Of a stretch of 64,000 nt of DNA, positions 1 to 13,914 are shown piece after piece. The DNA comes from Octopus vulgaris (lineage: Eukaryota): positions 62,248,001 to 62,312,000 of the forward strand of contig OX597827.1 in the NCBI GenBank assembly GCA_951406725.2, given 5' to 3'. The notes under the pieces are model-generated. The model was not told the origin of the DNA. It saw only the letters and a program-made list of their open reading frames with translations, and searched no databases. Positions within the stretch are counted from its first letter, which is position 1. Every line of letters begins with the position of its first letter. A program made the position numbers and the translations under genes.

Positions 1-226
1 ACCTTTTGAGCGGGATGGGCTAATCGACCATAAGAAAAGTCTAACTGGGCCCCACCTGCAAGGTCATGCGCTGTTTATCTTGATATGAGATCACCATGTC
101 GCGCACATATGGTTGTGATGCATGTGCCTGGTGTACCCTTATCAGACGAGTAGTCATGATGAGTATACTGGGCTTTGCGTATTTTACTCCAGTGTCACTT
201 TGATGGCATGTACTATTCTCTCATTC
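1..226 (+). mobile_element. 3' part of a non-coding (TAA)n-associated repeat
   Basis: Starts accttttgagcgggatg, matching the end of the 14965-15305 repeat (acctttcgagtggtatg); runs directly into (AAT)n. Confidence 0.55.
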
Positions 227-251
227 AATAATAATAATGATAATAATAATG

Positions 252-317
<66 letters not shown>

Positions 318-540
318 GGCATGATAAAAAAATATTAAGACAAATACATAATAAAAACACCAGGACTTACAAACACATATAACATACAGAAAATTGCACT
401 ACTAGGCACTGCACACATTCTACGCAGAACACTTTCCATACAATAACCATCAGAGCAGCACAACAAATCACAGCACATACCTGAGGCACACAGAGCTGCG
501 CTCGGTAGTGAAGTGAAAGCACGCTATAAAAATAAAACTA

Positions 541-545
<5 letters not shown>
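318..545 (+). mobile_element. R4/Dong-like non-LTR retrotransposon 3' end (REL endonuclease C-terminus plus 3' UTR)
   Basis: Translates ...GLTNTYNIQKIALLGTAHILRRTLSIQ*; QKxALLGTAxILR is typical of R4/Dong C-termini; flanked both sides by (AAT)n. Confidence 0.8.
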
Positions 546-610
<65 letters not shown>

Positions 611-892
611 CAATTCGTTTATTGGCCACAAAGGCTTACATAAGTAATAACATACTGTGCGTTTATGCAGGGGTAAATGCGCATGCGCGTATTTATTTTA
701 GTATAAGAATTTATATACTTTTACGTGAATTTATATATGGATACATGACTGATGAAACTCATAGCATGAATCTCATAAAAATTCTATAAACCTCTACATG
801 TACCTGGTACTTTATTGAATAGTATCCTAGTTTTGTAACTATGAATATCCGGTCCATATTATAAATGAAATTATGCACATACATACATACAC

Positions 893-924
<32 letters not shown>

Positions 925-960
925 GTGGGTATACATATACATATATGCATATATATATAT

Positions 961-1160
961 AAATAAAAAATGGAGTTAACGCAGGTTGAAACAAGTATTT
1001 TTACTTTCTACATATGTTTCGAAAATTCCACTGATACTATTCAAAAGAATAAAAGGTATAAACAATGCAATCTTCTCTTTACTTGTGAGATTTTTGCTGC
1101 CCTGGTAACTATTTATTTATTTATCCGTGTTAATTGTTAACAAGGTAAAATACACTCATC
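961..1160 (-). mobile_element. PLE terminal-repeat-like fragment with degenerate hammerhead
   Basis: Minus strand GTAAAGA-GAAGATTGCATTG...CAGTGGAATTTTC-GAAA-CATATG-TA: 13-bp stem II with one mismatch, palindromic stem III; between (TA)n tracts. Confidence 0.45.
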
Positions 1161-1164
1161 TATT

Positions 1165-1203
<39 letters not shown>

Positions 1204-1269
1204 GCACACACACACACATATATATATATATAAATATATATATATGAAGGCGCGTATATATATATATAT

Positions 1270-1585
1270 AAACGATAAACGTCGCACTTTTTAAGCCTAG
1301 CCAAGCTCTTGGGTCCGGTTTCCAGGTTTCTGTGGCGTATGTGTTCCCCCCTACACGGAAGGGACACCAGTCCATCGCTGCATTACTCAAGAAACAGGAG
1401 GAGAGAGTGAGAGAAAGTTGTGGCGAAATAGTATAACAGGGGTTGCCACCACACCCTGCCGGAGCCTCGTGGTGCTTCTTAGGTGTTTTCGCTCAATAAA
1501 CACACACAACGCCCGGTCTGGGAATCGAAACCGCGAATCTCCGACCGCGAGTCCGCTGCCCTAACCACTGGGCCATTGCGCCTCT
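1270..1585 (-). mobile_element. tRNA-derived SINE, family C
   Basis: Head gaggcgcaatggcccagtggttagggcagcggactc...ggtttcgattccc (Pol III A/B boxes), near identical to the head at 17753. Confidence 0.85.
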
Positions 1586-1616
1586 ACACACATATATAGA
1601 TATATGAAGCAGCATA

Positions 1617-1701
<85 letters not shown>

Positions 1702-1989
1702 TAAATTGTTGATACACACATACACACACACACAAACAAATACGTGAACAGTTGTGTACAGATACACATACAGACACATACATTTACACATGTACAGTCG
1801 CACTTACGTATATGTACATAAATATATTGCATCAATACATTATACTTGACTGGTATTGATTTTGTTGATGCCGGAAATACGAAAGGTGAGATTGAGTTCA
1901 AAACTTAAAGGGACACTACAAAAATCCTGTCTGACCTTTCGTTCGGAACTGCTCTGTTTCCAACACTTTAATGCTTTAAGCTTTACCAA

Positions 1990-2073
1990 CGCCACTGATA
2001 GTATTCGAACCAATGGAGCGATAATCCGTATAGGATTTCTTGTCCACCATCTTAACCTCTCACCCAGGTCGAC
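1990..2073 (-). pseudogene. Degenerate tRNA-Ser(AGA)-like sequence
   Basis: GTCGACCTGGGTGAGAGGTTAAGATGGTGGACAAGAAATCC...GGTTCGAATAC: GGTTAAG D-loop, GGA-CA-AGA-AA-TCC anticodon arm, long variable arm, GGTTCGAAT T-loop; acceptor stem broken. Confidence 0.55.
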
Positions 2074-2324
2074 TCCAATTTTCTGCCCACCGTCCATGAA
2101 TGATATCGGTTTGTGATATTGTGGTAAGGACATGTATTTTGTGCGACGGATTTAGTCGATTAAATGAACGTTAGTACTTTACTGGTGTTTGTAGTTTATC
2201 GACTCAGGAAATATAAAAACAGCGAGTTTCTTTCGGTAGGATTTGAACTAGAACTCAAAGTGCCGTTACTAAATACAACATAGCCCTGGCACGCTGGAGG
2301 GCGTGTAGTGGTATGTTTGCAAGA

Positions 2325-4123
2325 AAGGCGGTGAATTGGCAGAAACGTTAGCACGCCGGGCGAAATGCTTAGCGGTATTTCGTCTGCCGTTACGTACTGA
2401 GTTCAAATTCCGCCGAGGTCGACTTTGCCTTTCATCCTTTCGGGTTCGATTAAATAAGTACCAGTTACGCACTGGGGTCGATATAATCGACTTAATCCAT
2501 TTGTTTGTCCTCTCTGTGTTTAGCCCCTTGTGGGTAGTAAAGAAATAGGTATTTCGTCTGCCACTACGTTCTGAGTTCAAATTCCGCCGAGGTCGACTTT
2601 GCCTTTCATCCTTTCGGGGTCGATTAAATAAGTACCAGTTACGCACTGGGGTCGATATAATCGACTTAATCCATTTGTTTGTCCTCTCTGTGTTTAGCCC
2701 CTTGTGGGTAGTAAAGAAATAGGTATTTCGTCTGCCACTACGTTCTGAGTTCAAATTCCGCCGAGGTCGACTTTGCCTTTCATCCTTTCGGGTTCGATTA
2801 AATAAGTACCAGTTACGCACTGGGGTCGATATAATCGACTTAATCCATTTGTTTGTCCTCTCTGTGTTTAGCCCCTTGTGGGTAGTAAAGAAATAGGTAT
2901 TTCGTCTGCCACTACGTTCTGAGTTCAAATTCCGCCGAGGTCGACTTTGCCTTTCATCCTTTCGGGTTCGATTAAATAAGTACCAGTTACGCACTGGGGT
3001 CGATATAATCGACTTAATCCATTTGTTTGTCCTCTCTGTGTTTAGCCCCTTGTGGGTAGTAAAGAAATAGGTATTTCGTCTGCCACTACGTTCTGAGTTC
3101 AAATTCCGCCGAGGTCGACTTTGCCTTTCATCCTTTCGGGGTCGATTAAATAAGTACCAGTTACGCACTGGGGTCGATATAATCGACTTAATCCATTTGT
3201 TTGTCCTCTCTGTGTTTAGCCCCTTGTGGGTAGTAAAGAAATAGGTATTTCGTCTGCCACTACGTTCTGAGTTCAAATTCCGCCGAGGTCGACTTTGCCT
3301 TTCATCCTTTCGGGTTCGATTAAATAAGTACCAGTTACGCACTGGGGTCGATATAATCGACTTAATCCATTTGTTTGTCCTCTCTGTGTTTAGCCCCTTG
3401 TGGGTAGTAAAGAAATAGGTATTTCGTCTGCCACTACGTTCTGAGTTCAAATTCCGCCGAGGTCGACTTTGCCTTTCATCCTTTCGGGTTCGATTAAATA
3501 AGTACCAGTTACGCACTGGGGTCGATATAATCGACTTAATCCATTTGTTTGTCCTCTCTGTGTTTAGCCCCTTGTGGGTAGTAAAGAAATAGGTATTTCG
3601 TCTGCCACTACGTTCTGAGTTCAAATTCCGCCGAGGTCGACTTTGCCTTTCATCCTTTCGGGGTCGATTAAATAAGTACCAGTTACGCACTGGGGTCGAT
3701 ATAATCGACTTAATCCATTTGTTTGTCCTCTCTGTGTTTAGCCCCTTGTGGGTAGTAAAGAAATAGGTATTTCGTCTGCCACTACGTTCTGAGTTCAAAT
3801 TCCGCCGAGGTCGACTTTGCCTTTCATCCTTTCGGGTTCGATTAAATAAGTACCAGTTACGCACTGGGGTCGATATAATCGACTTAATCCATTTGTTTGT
3901 CCTCTCTGTGTTTAGCCCCTTGTGGGTAGTAAAGAAATAGGTATTTCGTCTGCCACTACGTTCTGAGTTCAAATTCCGCCGAGGTCGACTTTGCCTTTCA
4001 TCCTTTCGGGGTCGATTAAATAAGTACCAGTTACGCACTGGGGTCGATGTAATCGACTTAATCCGTTTGTCTGTCCTTGTTTGTCCTCTCTGTGTTTAGC
4101 CCCTTGTGGGTAGTAAAGAAATA
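2325..4123 (+). mobile_element. SINE family B: one head plus 10 tandem body+tail units (174 bp; last unit 184 bp)
   Basis: Units start at 2374, 2548 ... 3940; core gcctttcatcctttcggggtcgat..aataagtaccag resembles the Meta/MESC SINE core (recalled); 15-bp TSD ggtatgtttgcaaga at 2310-2324 and 4124-4138. Confidence 0.92.
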
Positions 4124-4204
4124 GGTATGTTTGCAAGACCAGACCCACGCGAGCCTTCAGTGGATCGTCTCATTAGTTCTTTTCTATGAGCCTTTCGGGA
4201 GATT

Positions 4205-4455
4205 GTGGAGGCGCGTGGCTTTAGTCGTTGGGGTGCTGGATTCATAGTCGTAAGATTGTGGTTTCGATTCCTTGACCGGTTGATGTGTTGTGTTCCTGAG
4301 CAAAACACTTCATTTTCACGTTGCTCCAGTCCACTCAACTTGCAAAAATGAGTAATCCTGCGACTGACGGGCGTCCCGTCCAGGTGGGGAATTTCTACGC
4401 CACTGAAACCGGGAAACCGGCCCTTATGAACCTGGCATGGCTTGAGAAGGAAACA
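4205..4455 (+). mobile_element. tRNA-derived SINE, family C-related (diverged)
   Basis: tRNA-like head then tgtgttcctgagcaaaacacttcattttcacgttgctccagtccactca, shared with 12622, 23950, 26790. Confidence 0.75.
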
Positions 4456-5020
4456 TTTCGGGAGATTGCTTAATCATAGGACTATGGCACACTAGAACCA
4501 CAGTTTTTCTAAACTTTATAATTTTATTTTTGCGTTTCTTTCCGGTCTAGAAATATTTCTACAATTATTCTGGTCTTCTTTAATTTTGCTCGCCGTCACT
4601 TTGTTTCCCTACACGAAACAAAATATTATAAAAATTCAAGTCTCCCAGTGATCAGCCAGAAAAGGGGACATGACAGATCTTCGTCATTGGAATCATCTCG
4701 AGAAATTATTTCTTCCGACGCCTACATATATATATATTTATATTTATATTATATTAATTTGAGGGAATATTATTTCAAACTTACAGGGAAAAATTCAATT
4801 TAGAAATACTAAATCAAATTTCACAAAATATAATATATATATAAATTAGTAAAAAACCCATCTTTGTCTCCCTTGTCAGTTTATTAAGATATTGCTTTTG
4901 TGGCTAACGAGTAATTTTGACTCTTATTTCTAGCACTGCAGGTACCACTTTGTACCCTCTGTCACTTTAGTGATATATATATATATATATATATATCACC
5001 GTTACTTTTCTTTTTTCTTT

Positions 5021-5240
<220 letters not shown>

Positions 5241-5244
5241 CTTT

Positions 5245-5550
5245 TATTCTTTTACTTGTTTCAGTCATTTGACTGCGGCCATATTGGAACACCGCATTTA
5301 GTCGCGCAAATCGACCCCAGGACGATGTACATATGTGTGTATGTCTGTGTGTTCATCTTTGGGTCTCACCCACACCAACTGACGTTGGTTTGCTTACGTC
5401 CCCGTATCTTAGCGTCTCAGCAAAAGAGGCGACAAGAATAAGTCATGGACTTAAGAAAAAAACATGAACCATTGAGGTCAATTTGTTCGATTAAGACCCT
5501 TCAAGGTGGTGCCCCAGCATGGTCGCAGTCAAATGACCGAAACAAATAAA
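5245..5550. mobile_element. Two SINE-A 3' fragments in opposite orientation
   Basis: Minus-strand tail 5245-5325 and plus-strand 3' half ending ggtggtgccccagcatggtcgcagtcaaatgaccgaaac. Confidence 0.75.
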
Positions 5551-6040
5551 AAAATAAAATAAAAACAAAATACAAGATATTAAACAAAGACAGAAGGTTA
5601 AGATGTAAAAGTACAAGTTACATTATTTGATTGATAACTGGAAATAAGAGTTTCTGTTTATAAGAAAGAAAAAACAAAACAAAATGGCTGTACAACGTGG
5701 CCTCTGGAAATTTAAAGCGTGCAGGAAATATTATATATGACAAGAGTTTAATTTTAAATGCGTATTAATTTAAACGCTGTGTTTGTGTCACAGTAATTTG
5801 TAGTGTGAATGCGAGAGACAGCAATGTGATAGTGTACATTATTCTGACTGAAAACATCTGTGGAATATGTTTCTTGTAAGTTTTGGCTCCGAGAAAATAA
5901 TATTAAATATTAAATATTAAATATTAAATATCTATGTTTAAGTTATAAGTTAAAAAGAATGACAACGAATGAATAAGGAAACTATTAAAGACTTTTGCTT
6001 GAATTAATGGAAAATTTACCCGCCGTATCCTCGCGTGGAA

Positions 6041-6136
<96 letters not shown>

Positions 6137-6271
6137 AGGCAAAATATGCATACAAACATATATACATATATACTTATACATTTGGTGTAAATGTATATAA
6201 ATAGAAATGTATATAGAATATAAAGATATGCATGAAGCAATAAATGGCAAGTGAATAGACAATGAATACAT

Positions 6272-6451
6272 CGCAGGAGTGGTTGTGTGGTAAGAACTTT
6301 GCTTCTCAACCACATGGTTCCAGGTTCAGTCCCACCGCATGACATCTTGGCCATGTGTCTTCTACTATAACCTCGGATCGACCAAAGCCTTTTGAGTGGA
6401 TTTGGGAGACGGTAACTCAAAGAAGTCCGTCGTACACACACAGAGAGACAC

Positions 6452-6482
<31 letters not shown>

Positions 6483-6685
6483 TGTATGTATGTATGTATG
6501 TATGTATGTATGTATTATGTATGCGTGTATGTGTGTGTGCGCGTTTGTGTTTCGCCCATCACCGCTTGACAACTGGCGTTGGCTTGTTTAAGCCCCTGTG
6601 GTCTAGCGGTTTGGCAAAAGATAGAATAAGTACCAGGGTTTACAAAAATATAACAAGGACTGGGATCGTTTCTTTCGGCTAAAAT
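6272..6685 (+). mobile_element. SINE family A with internal microsatellite
   Basis: Head caggagtggttgtgtggtaag...ggttcagtccc, internal (TATG)n, 3' half truncated. Confidence 0.8.
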
Positions 6686-7305
6686 GGTTTACAGTTTGTA
6701 TGGGGGAAAATGAATTGTTGAGGTTTAAATTTACATTAGAAAATAAAAAAGTTTAGAATAAAATGTTTGAAAAAGAGGCTTGAGTTTTTCACTTTCCACT
6801 TCGTTGTGAATTAAGTTTATAAGGGCAAATGCGACCATCATCTCTTTAAATACCACCTTTTTGATAATTAAATAGTAAATATAATCCTATGCGCAAATTA
6901 ATTTTAGCTGAGTCGATCATTTATCCATATAGAATTGTAATAATACAATATATTTTCTTTATATAGGCAAAATAGAGGTCACTAATGAGTCATTAATTAG
7001 TGATGGAAGTGTTGTATAATATCTTGCATCAAACTGTAGGAATTTAATACTAATTTTGCGGCTACTTTCATCAATATATATTTAGGCATGAATATCAGAA
7101 ACTCGCCGCAAAGCGAGCACACAGCTCCCATCCGACAAGTGTTGCGGCCCTTATTCCCGATACTCTACGGAAGCCGGGTTAATTCAGATCATGATAACTT
7201 GGTGTGCTCCTGCTGATTTTCAAAATCCTGTCTTCAGTGGGATTCGAAACTGGTTCATTCTTTTTGTGATCTTGTGCTTAATTATTTTATCAATATACAT
7301 TTATG

Positions 7306-7416
<111 letters not shown>

Positions 7417-7516
7417 TATATAAAACAGTTTGATTCGGCACCATGCACCTTAAAGTTTCGGGGCCTTGTAAAACAAACCTAGTTCTTCAAGCTTAGGTAA
7501 ACAAGAGGGAAATCGA

Positions 7517-7668
7517 GCTGGCTACTAGTCAAGGCAGGTCACATGACGTTGCTGATTGGTGTGATAGCGAACTGAGATACGAATACAAGCGGCAATCTCT
7601 ATCTGATGTCGCTGCGTTATCAATACCAATATCATAAACGTCATGTGACCTGCCTTGAACAGTGGCAA

Positions 7669-7670
<2 letters not shown>
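7517..7670. repeat. ~150-bp palindrome (MITE-like)
   Basis: Perfect 22-bp inverted repeat tcaaggcaggtcacatgacgtt (7529-7550) / 7637-7658 with imperfect extensions. Confidence 0.8.
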
Positions 7671-8679
<1,009 letters not shown>

Positions 8680-8680
8680 G

Positions 8681-8725
<45 letters not shown>

Positions 8726-8782
8726 ATGTATATGTATATATATGTATGTATGTATATATATATATATATATATATGTAAATG

Positions 8783-8863
<81 letters not shown>

Positions 8864-8945
8864 GTGGGTGAGTCGTCTAAGAGACTATAAGTCAGGGAAA
8901 AGATGCACTCATATAATATATCCGTCTGTAGAGTGGGTATGTTAT

Positions 8946-9133
8946 CCGAAATGTATAGTATTAAATATCCATCATGGGTGGTTTTACCAATCGGTTTGAC
9001 GTAAAGAATGCAATGGAGTGTTAGGTAACAATCTGATTATATAACTTGCTACCTAACTCTCCATTGTATTCTTTACATGAAACCGATTGTTAAGACCAGC
9101 GGTGATGGATATATAATACTATACATTTTGGAT
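8946..9133. repeat. Long hairpin, ~87-bp arms and 14-nt spacer
   Basis: Arms align by eye with about 12 differences. Confidence 0.9.
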
Positions 9134-9289
9134 CAAAGCAGAATGCGAACTCTGAGCGTTAAGACAGACGAAATACTGGTAAGTATTTTGCCCGGCGGGA
9201 TAAATGCACAACACCAGACATTTTTGCGAATAATAATAATAATAGTACTTGTATTTCTACTAACATCATAAAAAAAAAATCGTTTCTTT

Positions 9290-9627
9290 ATCGTGTTCAA
9301 TTAGTACTTATTTTATCAACGCCTAAAAAAGATGAAAGGCAAAGTCGACCTCGGCGGAATTTGAACTCAGAACATAAAGACAGATGAAATATCTATTTCT
9401 TTACTACTCACAAGGGGCTAAACACAGAGGGGACAAACAAGGACAGACAAACGGATTAAGTCGATTACATCGACCCCAGTGCGTAACTGGTACTTAATTT
9501 ATCGACACCGAAAAAGATGAAAGGCAAAGTCGACCTCGGTGGAATTTGAACTCAGAACCTAAAGATAGACGAAATACCGCTAGGCATTTTACCCGGCGTG
9601 CAAACTATTCTGCCAGCTCACTGCCTT
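9290..9627 (-). mobile_element. SINE-B dimer
   Basis: Head+body+tail joined at 9393/9394 to a second partial body starting gatatttc. Confidence 0.85.
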
Positions 9628-9904
9628 ATCGTTTCGTAACACAAAATAATTAAAGCAGCTCTATAAGCTTAAGAAGGGAGACTACCAGTGACGCTTATTA
9701 TCTCCTTTGCTTCTTGGTCTAACATAGGCTGCATCGAAATTGTCGCTTGGAAAAGATGCCATGGACAAACTACTGATTATCTCTTATGTGCAGGAAGTGA
9801 AATGTCAGGGGCCACTTAGCTTAATGGTACAGAGGGCTCATCTGGTACCTGAGTGGTACAAGTTTCGATTCTCTATAACCGTCTACTGGCAATATTTTGA
9901 AATA

Positions 9905-10225
9905 AGGCGGAGAGCTGGCAGAATCGTTAGCATGCCGGGCAAAATGCTTAGCGGTATTTCATCCGACTTTACCTTCTGAGATCAAATTCTGCTATGGTTT
10001 TACCGTTTTAAGGCGCGAGCTCGTCGAATCGTTAACATTCCGAACAAAATGCTTAGCGGCATTTCGTTCGTCTTTACGCTCTGAGGTCGAATTCCGCCGA
10101 GGTCGATTTTGCCTTTCATCGTTTCGGGCTCGATAAAATATGTTTCAATGGAGCACTGGGAGTCAATGTAATCAATTTATCCTTCCTTCGTTATTGCTGG
10201 CCTTGTGCCAAACTTTGAATGCAGT
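9905..10225 (+). mobile_element. Two older SINE-B copies
   Basis: Heads aaggcggagagctggcag / aaggcgcgagctcgtcg; second copy ends in old-type tail ggccttgtgccaaac. Confidence 0.75.
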
Positions 10226-10329
10226 ATGTATGAACTGATAGTACATTTATGCTATCATTTTATAATACAAATAGAAAACTTATCAAATTGTTCAGAAATT
10301 CAACTAAAACGTTAAAATGTGTATGGGAT

Positions 10330-10707
10330 TAGACAAGCTATTATCACGGGCAAATCGACTAAAACTGATAATAATAAATAACACATAGATACCGATATCT
10401 GAGAATCAGATCAGAACAAACCATACAAATATTTAAGAGTCGATGAAAACTGATATAATAAGACGCAGAAATGAATGAGCAAATTAGCAAAGCATTGTAC
10501 AGGAAAAGTCAGATAAATATTATGAACACAAGACTCATTGACAGAAATAAGATAGCGGGCATAAATACATTGGTCAGCTTGGTTATAAACTGGAGATTTA
10601 ATATAATAAAGTTAAGTGAATTAAAGAGATTAGACAGGAAAATAAGAAATCTACTAATAACGTTTCAGAACCTCTCCCATAAAGCTGATATAGATAGAAT
10701 ATATCTG

Positions 10708-10710
<3 letters not shown>
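10330..10710 (+). pseudogene. Decayed R4/Dong-like reverse transcriptase fragment
   Basis: NKIAGINTLV...ELKRLDRKIRNLL...HKADIDRIYL, homologous to HPKADVDRLYL near 37930. Confidence 0.7.
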
Positions 10711-10773
<63 letters not shown>

Positions 10774-11012
10774 AAGATGGGGTTTGTGTAGAATAAAAAA
10801 ACAAAACAAAACAAAAATAAATAGAATATAAAATAACCACAGTGGAACCAGAGGGAAATTTCTTAGTGCAATAAGGAAGCACGACATATGCATGCATATA
10901 CACATGTATGTATGCACACACACACATTGTCTAGCATAACATTTTTATGCATTTGCTTTTATGTTTTTCATCATAATTCACCATTTTTTCGAACATTTAT
11001 ATATATATATGT

Positions 11013-11043
<31 letters not shown>

Positions 11044-11087
11044 CATATATATACATATATATATACATATATATACATATATATATC

Positions 11088-11200
11088 ACGTGATCACGTG
11101 ACCGACCAGACCATCAGATGTTGCTACACATCGCTGGTCACAATGCGCTCGCATTGTTTTAGCCTTCGAATGACGCCACCCCGCTGGCTAAGCAAGCAAG

Positions 11201-11203
<3 letters not shown>
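11088..11203 (-). mobile_element. Second copy of the 5021-5129 repeat
   Basis: gtgaccgaccagaccatcagatgttgctacacatcgctggtcacaatgcg...; flanked by (TA)n. Confidence 0.6.
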
Positions 11204-11234
<31 letters not shown>

Positions 11235-11307
11235 GAAATAAAATATTTACATAGTTGACCGGTTTCCCTTACGCTAATCATGACTAAACACTTAGATATA
11301 GAGTTAC

Positions 11308-11376
<69 letters not shown>

Positions 11377-11377
<1 letters not shown>

Positions 11378-11716
11378 GGATGGAATTTATAAACATTTAA
11401 TGCATCTCAACGTGAGTTTCCATGAATCACGTGTCTTCAGATCACAGCCAGTATTCCTAGGATGATTACAGTGTAGTCCGTATTATCCGTGGGCATCGGG
11501 TAGATCATCTTCATAGATACATTTCTTCGGGCGATATAACATTAATGGACGTTTACCAGAGAGATGTTTATCTCTTTTGACCAGTGCGAAGGTTGGTTGA
11601 ATTATAGTACGGACTACACTGTGATCATTCCAGGAACACTGACTGTTACCTGAAGAGACATATGATTTGTGGAAACGTGCGTAGCAATGCATTAAATGTT
11701 TACAAATTCCATCCAA
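11377..11716. repeat. Inverted repeat, ~110-bp arms and ~120-bp spacer
   Basis: tggatggaatttataaacatttaatgcat...gtagtccgta versus tacggactac...atgcattaaatgtttacaaattccatcca; about 80% identity. Confidence 0.88.
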
Positions 11717-12406
11717 GGATTATTGTTATTATCAGTATATATATATATAAGGAAACAATAAAACACAAAGACAAAACTAGCTTCGCTGGAGTAAAATATT
11801 GAGATAAGGATAAAACCACTGATAAAGTTAAAACCGGCTCTGTTGGAAATGCTCCAAAATAACTCAATAGAGAAATAAACCGGACTGGAAGCTAACAATA
11901 ATTCGAAAATTCTATTCTGCAAAGAGGGGAAAAACATCTGGTTTTATCAGTACAGGATTTAATATCTAATCATAAACATCTACAGAAGTATAATAATATA
12001 GTGAAAGTTGTGAACAACATCGAGTGTAGACTATTCAACCAGTACAGTGAGAAGGTTCACCCCAGCGATTCCCTCTAGCAGTCCTTGCTAAGTATGAGGG
12101 TATTCACAGACATGGTCGTCCAGTCAGCATTTATATCCACTAGTCAATATGCCAACACTTTGACATGAAAATGGTGGTGGTGGTTCCTTATAAATAACGA
12201 CATGGCCACAATAATCTGGGATATAATACCTCGACTGACAAGCAGATCGAGGGGAACCATTCAAACTTAATAATTAAAACCGAAACAAACAAAAAACCGT
12301 CTGTACGCTGACAAAACATCTCGGTTCTTCCCAACGAAAACTTTGCCCAAAGGAAACGGAGAAACTGCCTTAATGCAATGAACTACAGAGTAGTAGTAGT
12401 AATAGC

Positions 12407-12450
<44 letters not shown>

Positions 12451-12621
12451 CAGTCGTAGTAGTAGTAGTAGTAATAGTAGTAGTGGTGGTGGTAGCAGCA
12501 GCTGTAGTAGTAGTAATAGTAGTTGATGCATCCTCCTCCTCCTCCTCCTCCTCCTCCTCATCAACTGTAGTAGTAGTAGTAGTAGTAGTAGTAATAGTAG
12601 TAGCAGTAGCAGTAGTAGCAA

Positions 12622-12770
12622 TGAAGGTGCACGGTCTAGTGGTTAAGGTGTCGCTCTCATGATAGCAAGTTCGTGGTTTCGATTCCCGAGTCGAGCGTGC
12701 GTTGTGTTCTTGAGTAAAACACTTCGTTTTCATGTTGCCCCAGTCCACTCAGCTGTAAAGTGGTAACCCT
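12622..12770 (+). mobile_element. SINE-C 5' fragment following a (GTA)n/(TCC)n tract
   Basis: tRNA-like head and tgtgttcttgagtaaaacact core. Confidence 0.7.
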
Positions 12771-13098
12771 GCCCTTACATTTTTGAAGATGGTAACGTGT
12801 TTATTTTTGAGAAAATTTGATGGCTATTTCTAGCACGATGTCGTTGTTGTCGCTATTGTATGTCGTGTATGAAGCTGATATGAAATACATAACACACAGA
12901 CTCTAAAATAAAATATAAAAAACAAAAAAATGAAACTAATTAAACCGATATAAAGAAACGAACAGGTTATTTACATAAATAATGCATACGGAAATTAACT
13001 TTAAAAAACAAAATAATTGACTTTAGCACACTTTCACTTCAAATATTATTAAAAAAAAAGGTGGAATATTTTAGACAACCACGAATAATGAAAATCTC

Positions 13099-13822
13099 TT
13101 TCTTCTTCTTCTTCTTCTTCTTCTTCTTCTTCTTCTTCTTCTTCTTCTTCTTCTTCTTCTTCTTCTTCTTCTTCTTCTTCTACCTCTTCCTTCTCTTCCT
13201 CCTTCTCTTCCTCTTCCTCTTCTCTATCCTCTTCCTCCACCTCTTTCTCCACCTTTTCCTTCTCTTTCTCTTCCTCCCCCTCCTCTTCTTCCAGCTCTTC
13301 CTCCAGCTCTTCCTTCTCTTCCTCCTTCTCTTCCTCTTCCTCCAGCTCTTCCTCCAGCTCTTCCTTCTCTTCCTCCTTCTCTTCCTCTTCCTCCAGCTCT
13401 TCCTCCACCTTTTCCTTCTCTTCCTCCTTCTCTTCCTCTTCCTCCAGCTCTTCCTTCACCTCTTCCAGCTCTTCCTCCAGCTCTTCCTCCACCTCTTCCT
13501 TCTCTTCCTCCTTCTCTTCCTCTTCCTCCACCTCTTCCTCTCCCTCCTCTTCCTCCAGCTCTTCCTCCAGCTCTTCTTCCTTCTCTCCTCTTCCTCCAGC
13601 TCTTCCTTCACCTCTTCCAGCTCTTCCTCCAGCTCTTCATCCACATCTTCCTTCTCTTCCTCCTTCCCTTCCTCTTCCTCTTCCTCTCCCTCCTCTTTCT
13701 CCAGCTCTTCCTCCACTCTTCCTCCTCGTCTTCCTCTTCCTCCTTGTCCGCCTCCTACAGCTCCTCCTCCTCTTCCACCACCATCACCTCCTTTTTTACT
13801 CTTCCTCCCCCACCTCCTCTTC
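13099..13822. repeat. Polypyrimidine tract: (TTC)n grading into a longer-period TCC/TTC minisatellite
   Basis: Recurrent ctcttcctccagctcttccttctcttcctccttctc blocks. Confidence 0.9.
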
Positions 13823-13914
13823 GTCAAAACAACAACAACAACAACAACAACGGTTTCAAAATTTTTGATCCGCCAACAACTTTTGAGGGAGGAATTTCGT
13901 AGACACCATCGATT

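Noticed and set aside
2269-4038. 589-aa repetitive ORF
   Set aside because: Antisense reading of the 174-bp SINE unit, which is a multiple of 3 and stop-free by chance; no protein motif.
2374-4123. CRISPR array or hammerhead retrozyme
   Set aside because: No unique spacers and no cas genes; I found no CUGANGA/GAAA core in the unit on either strand.
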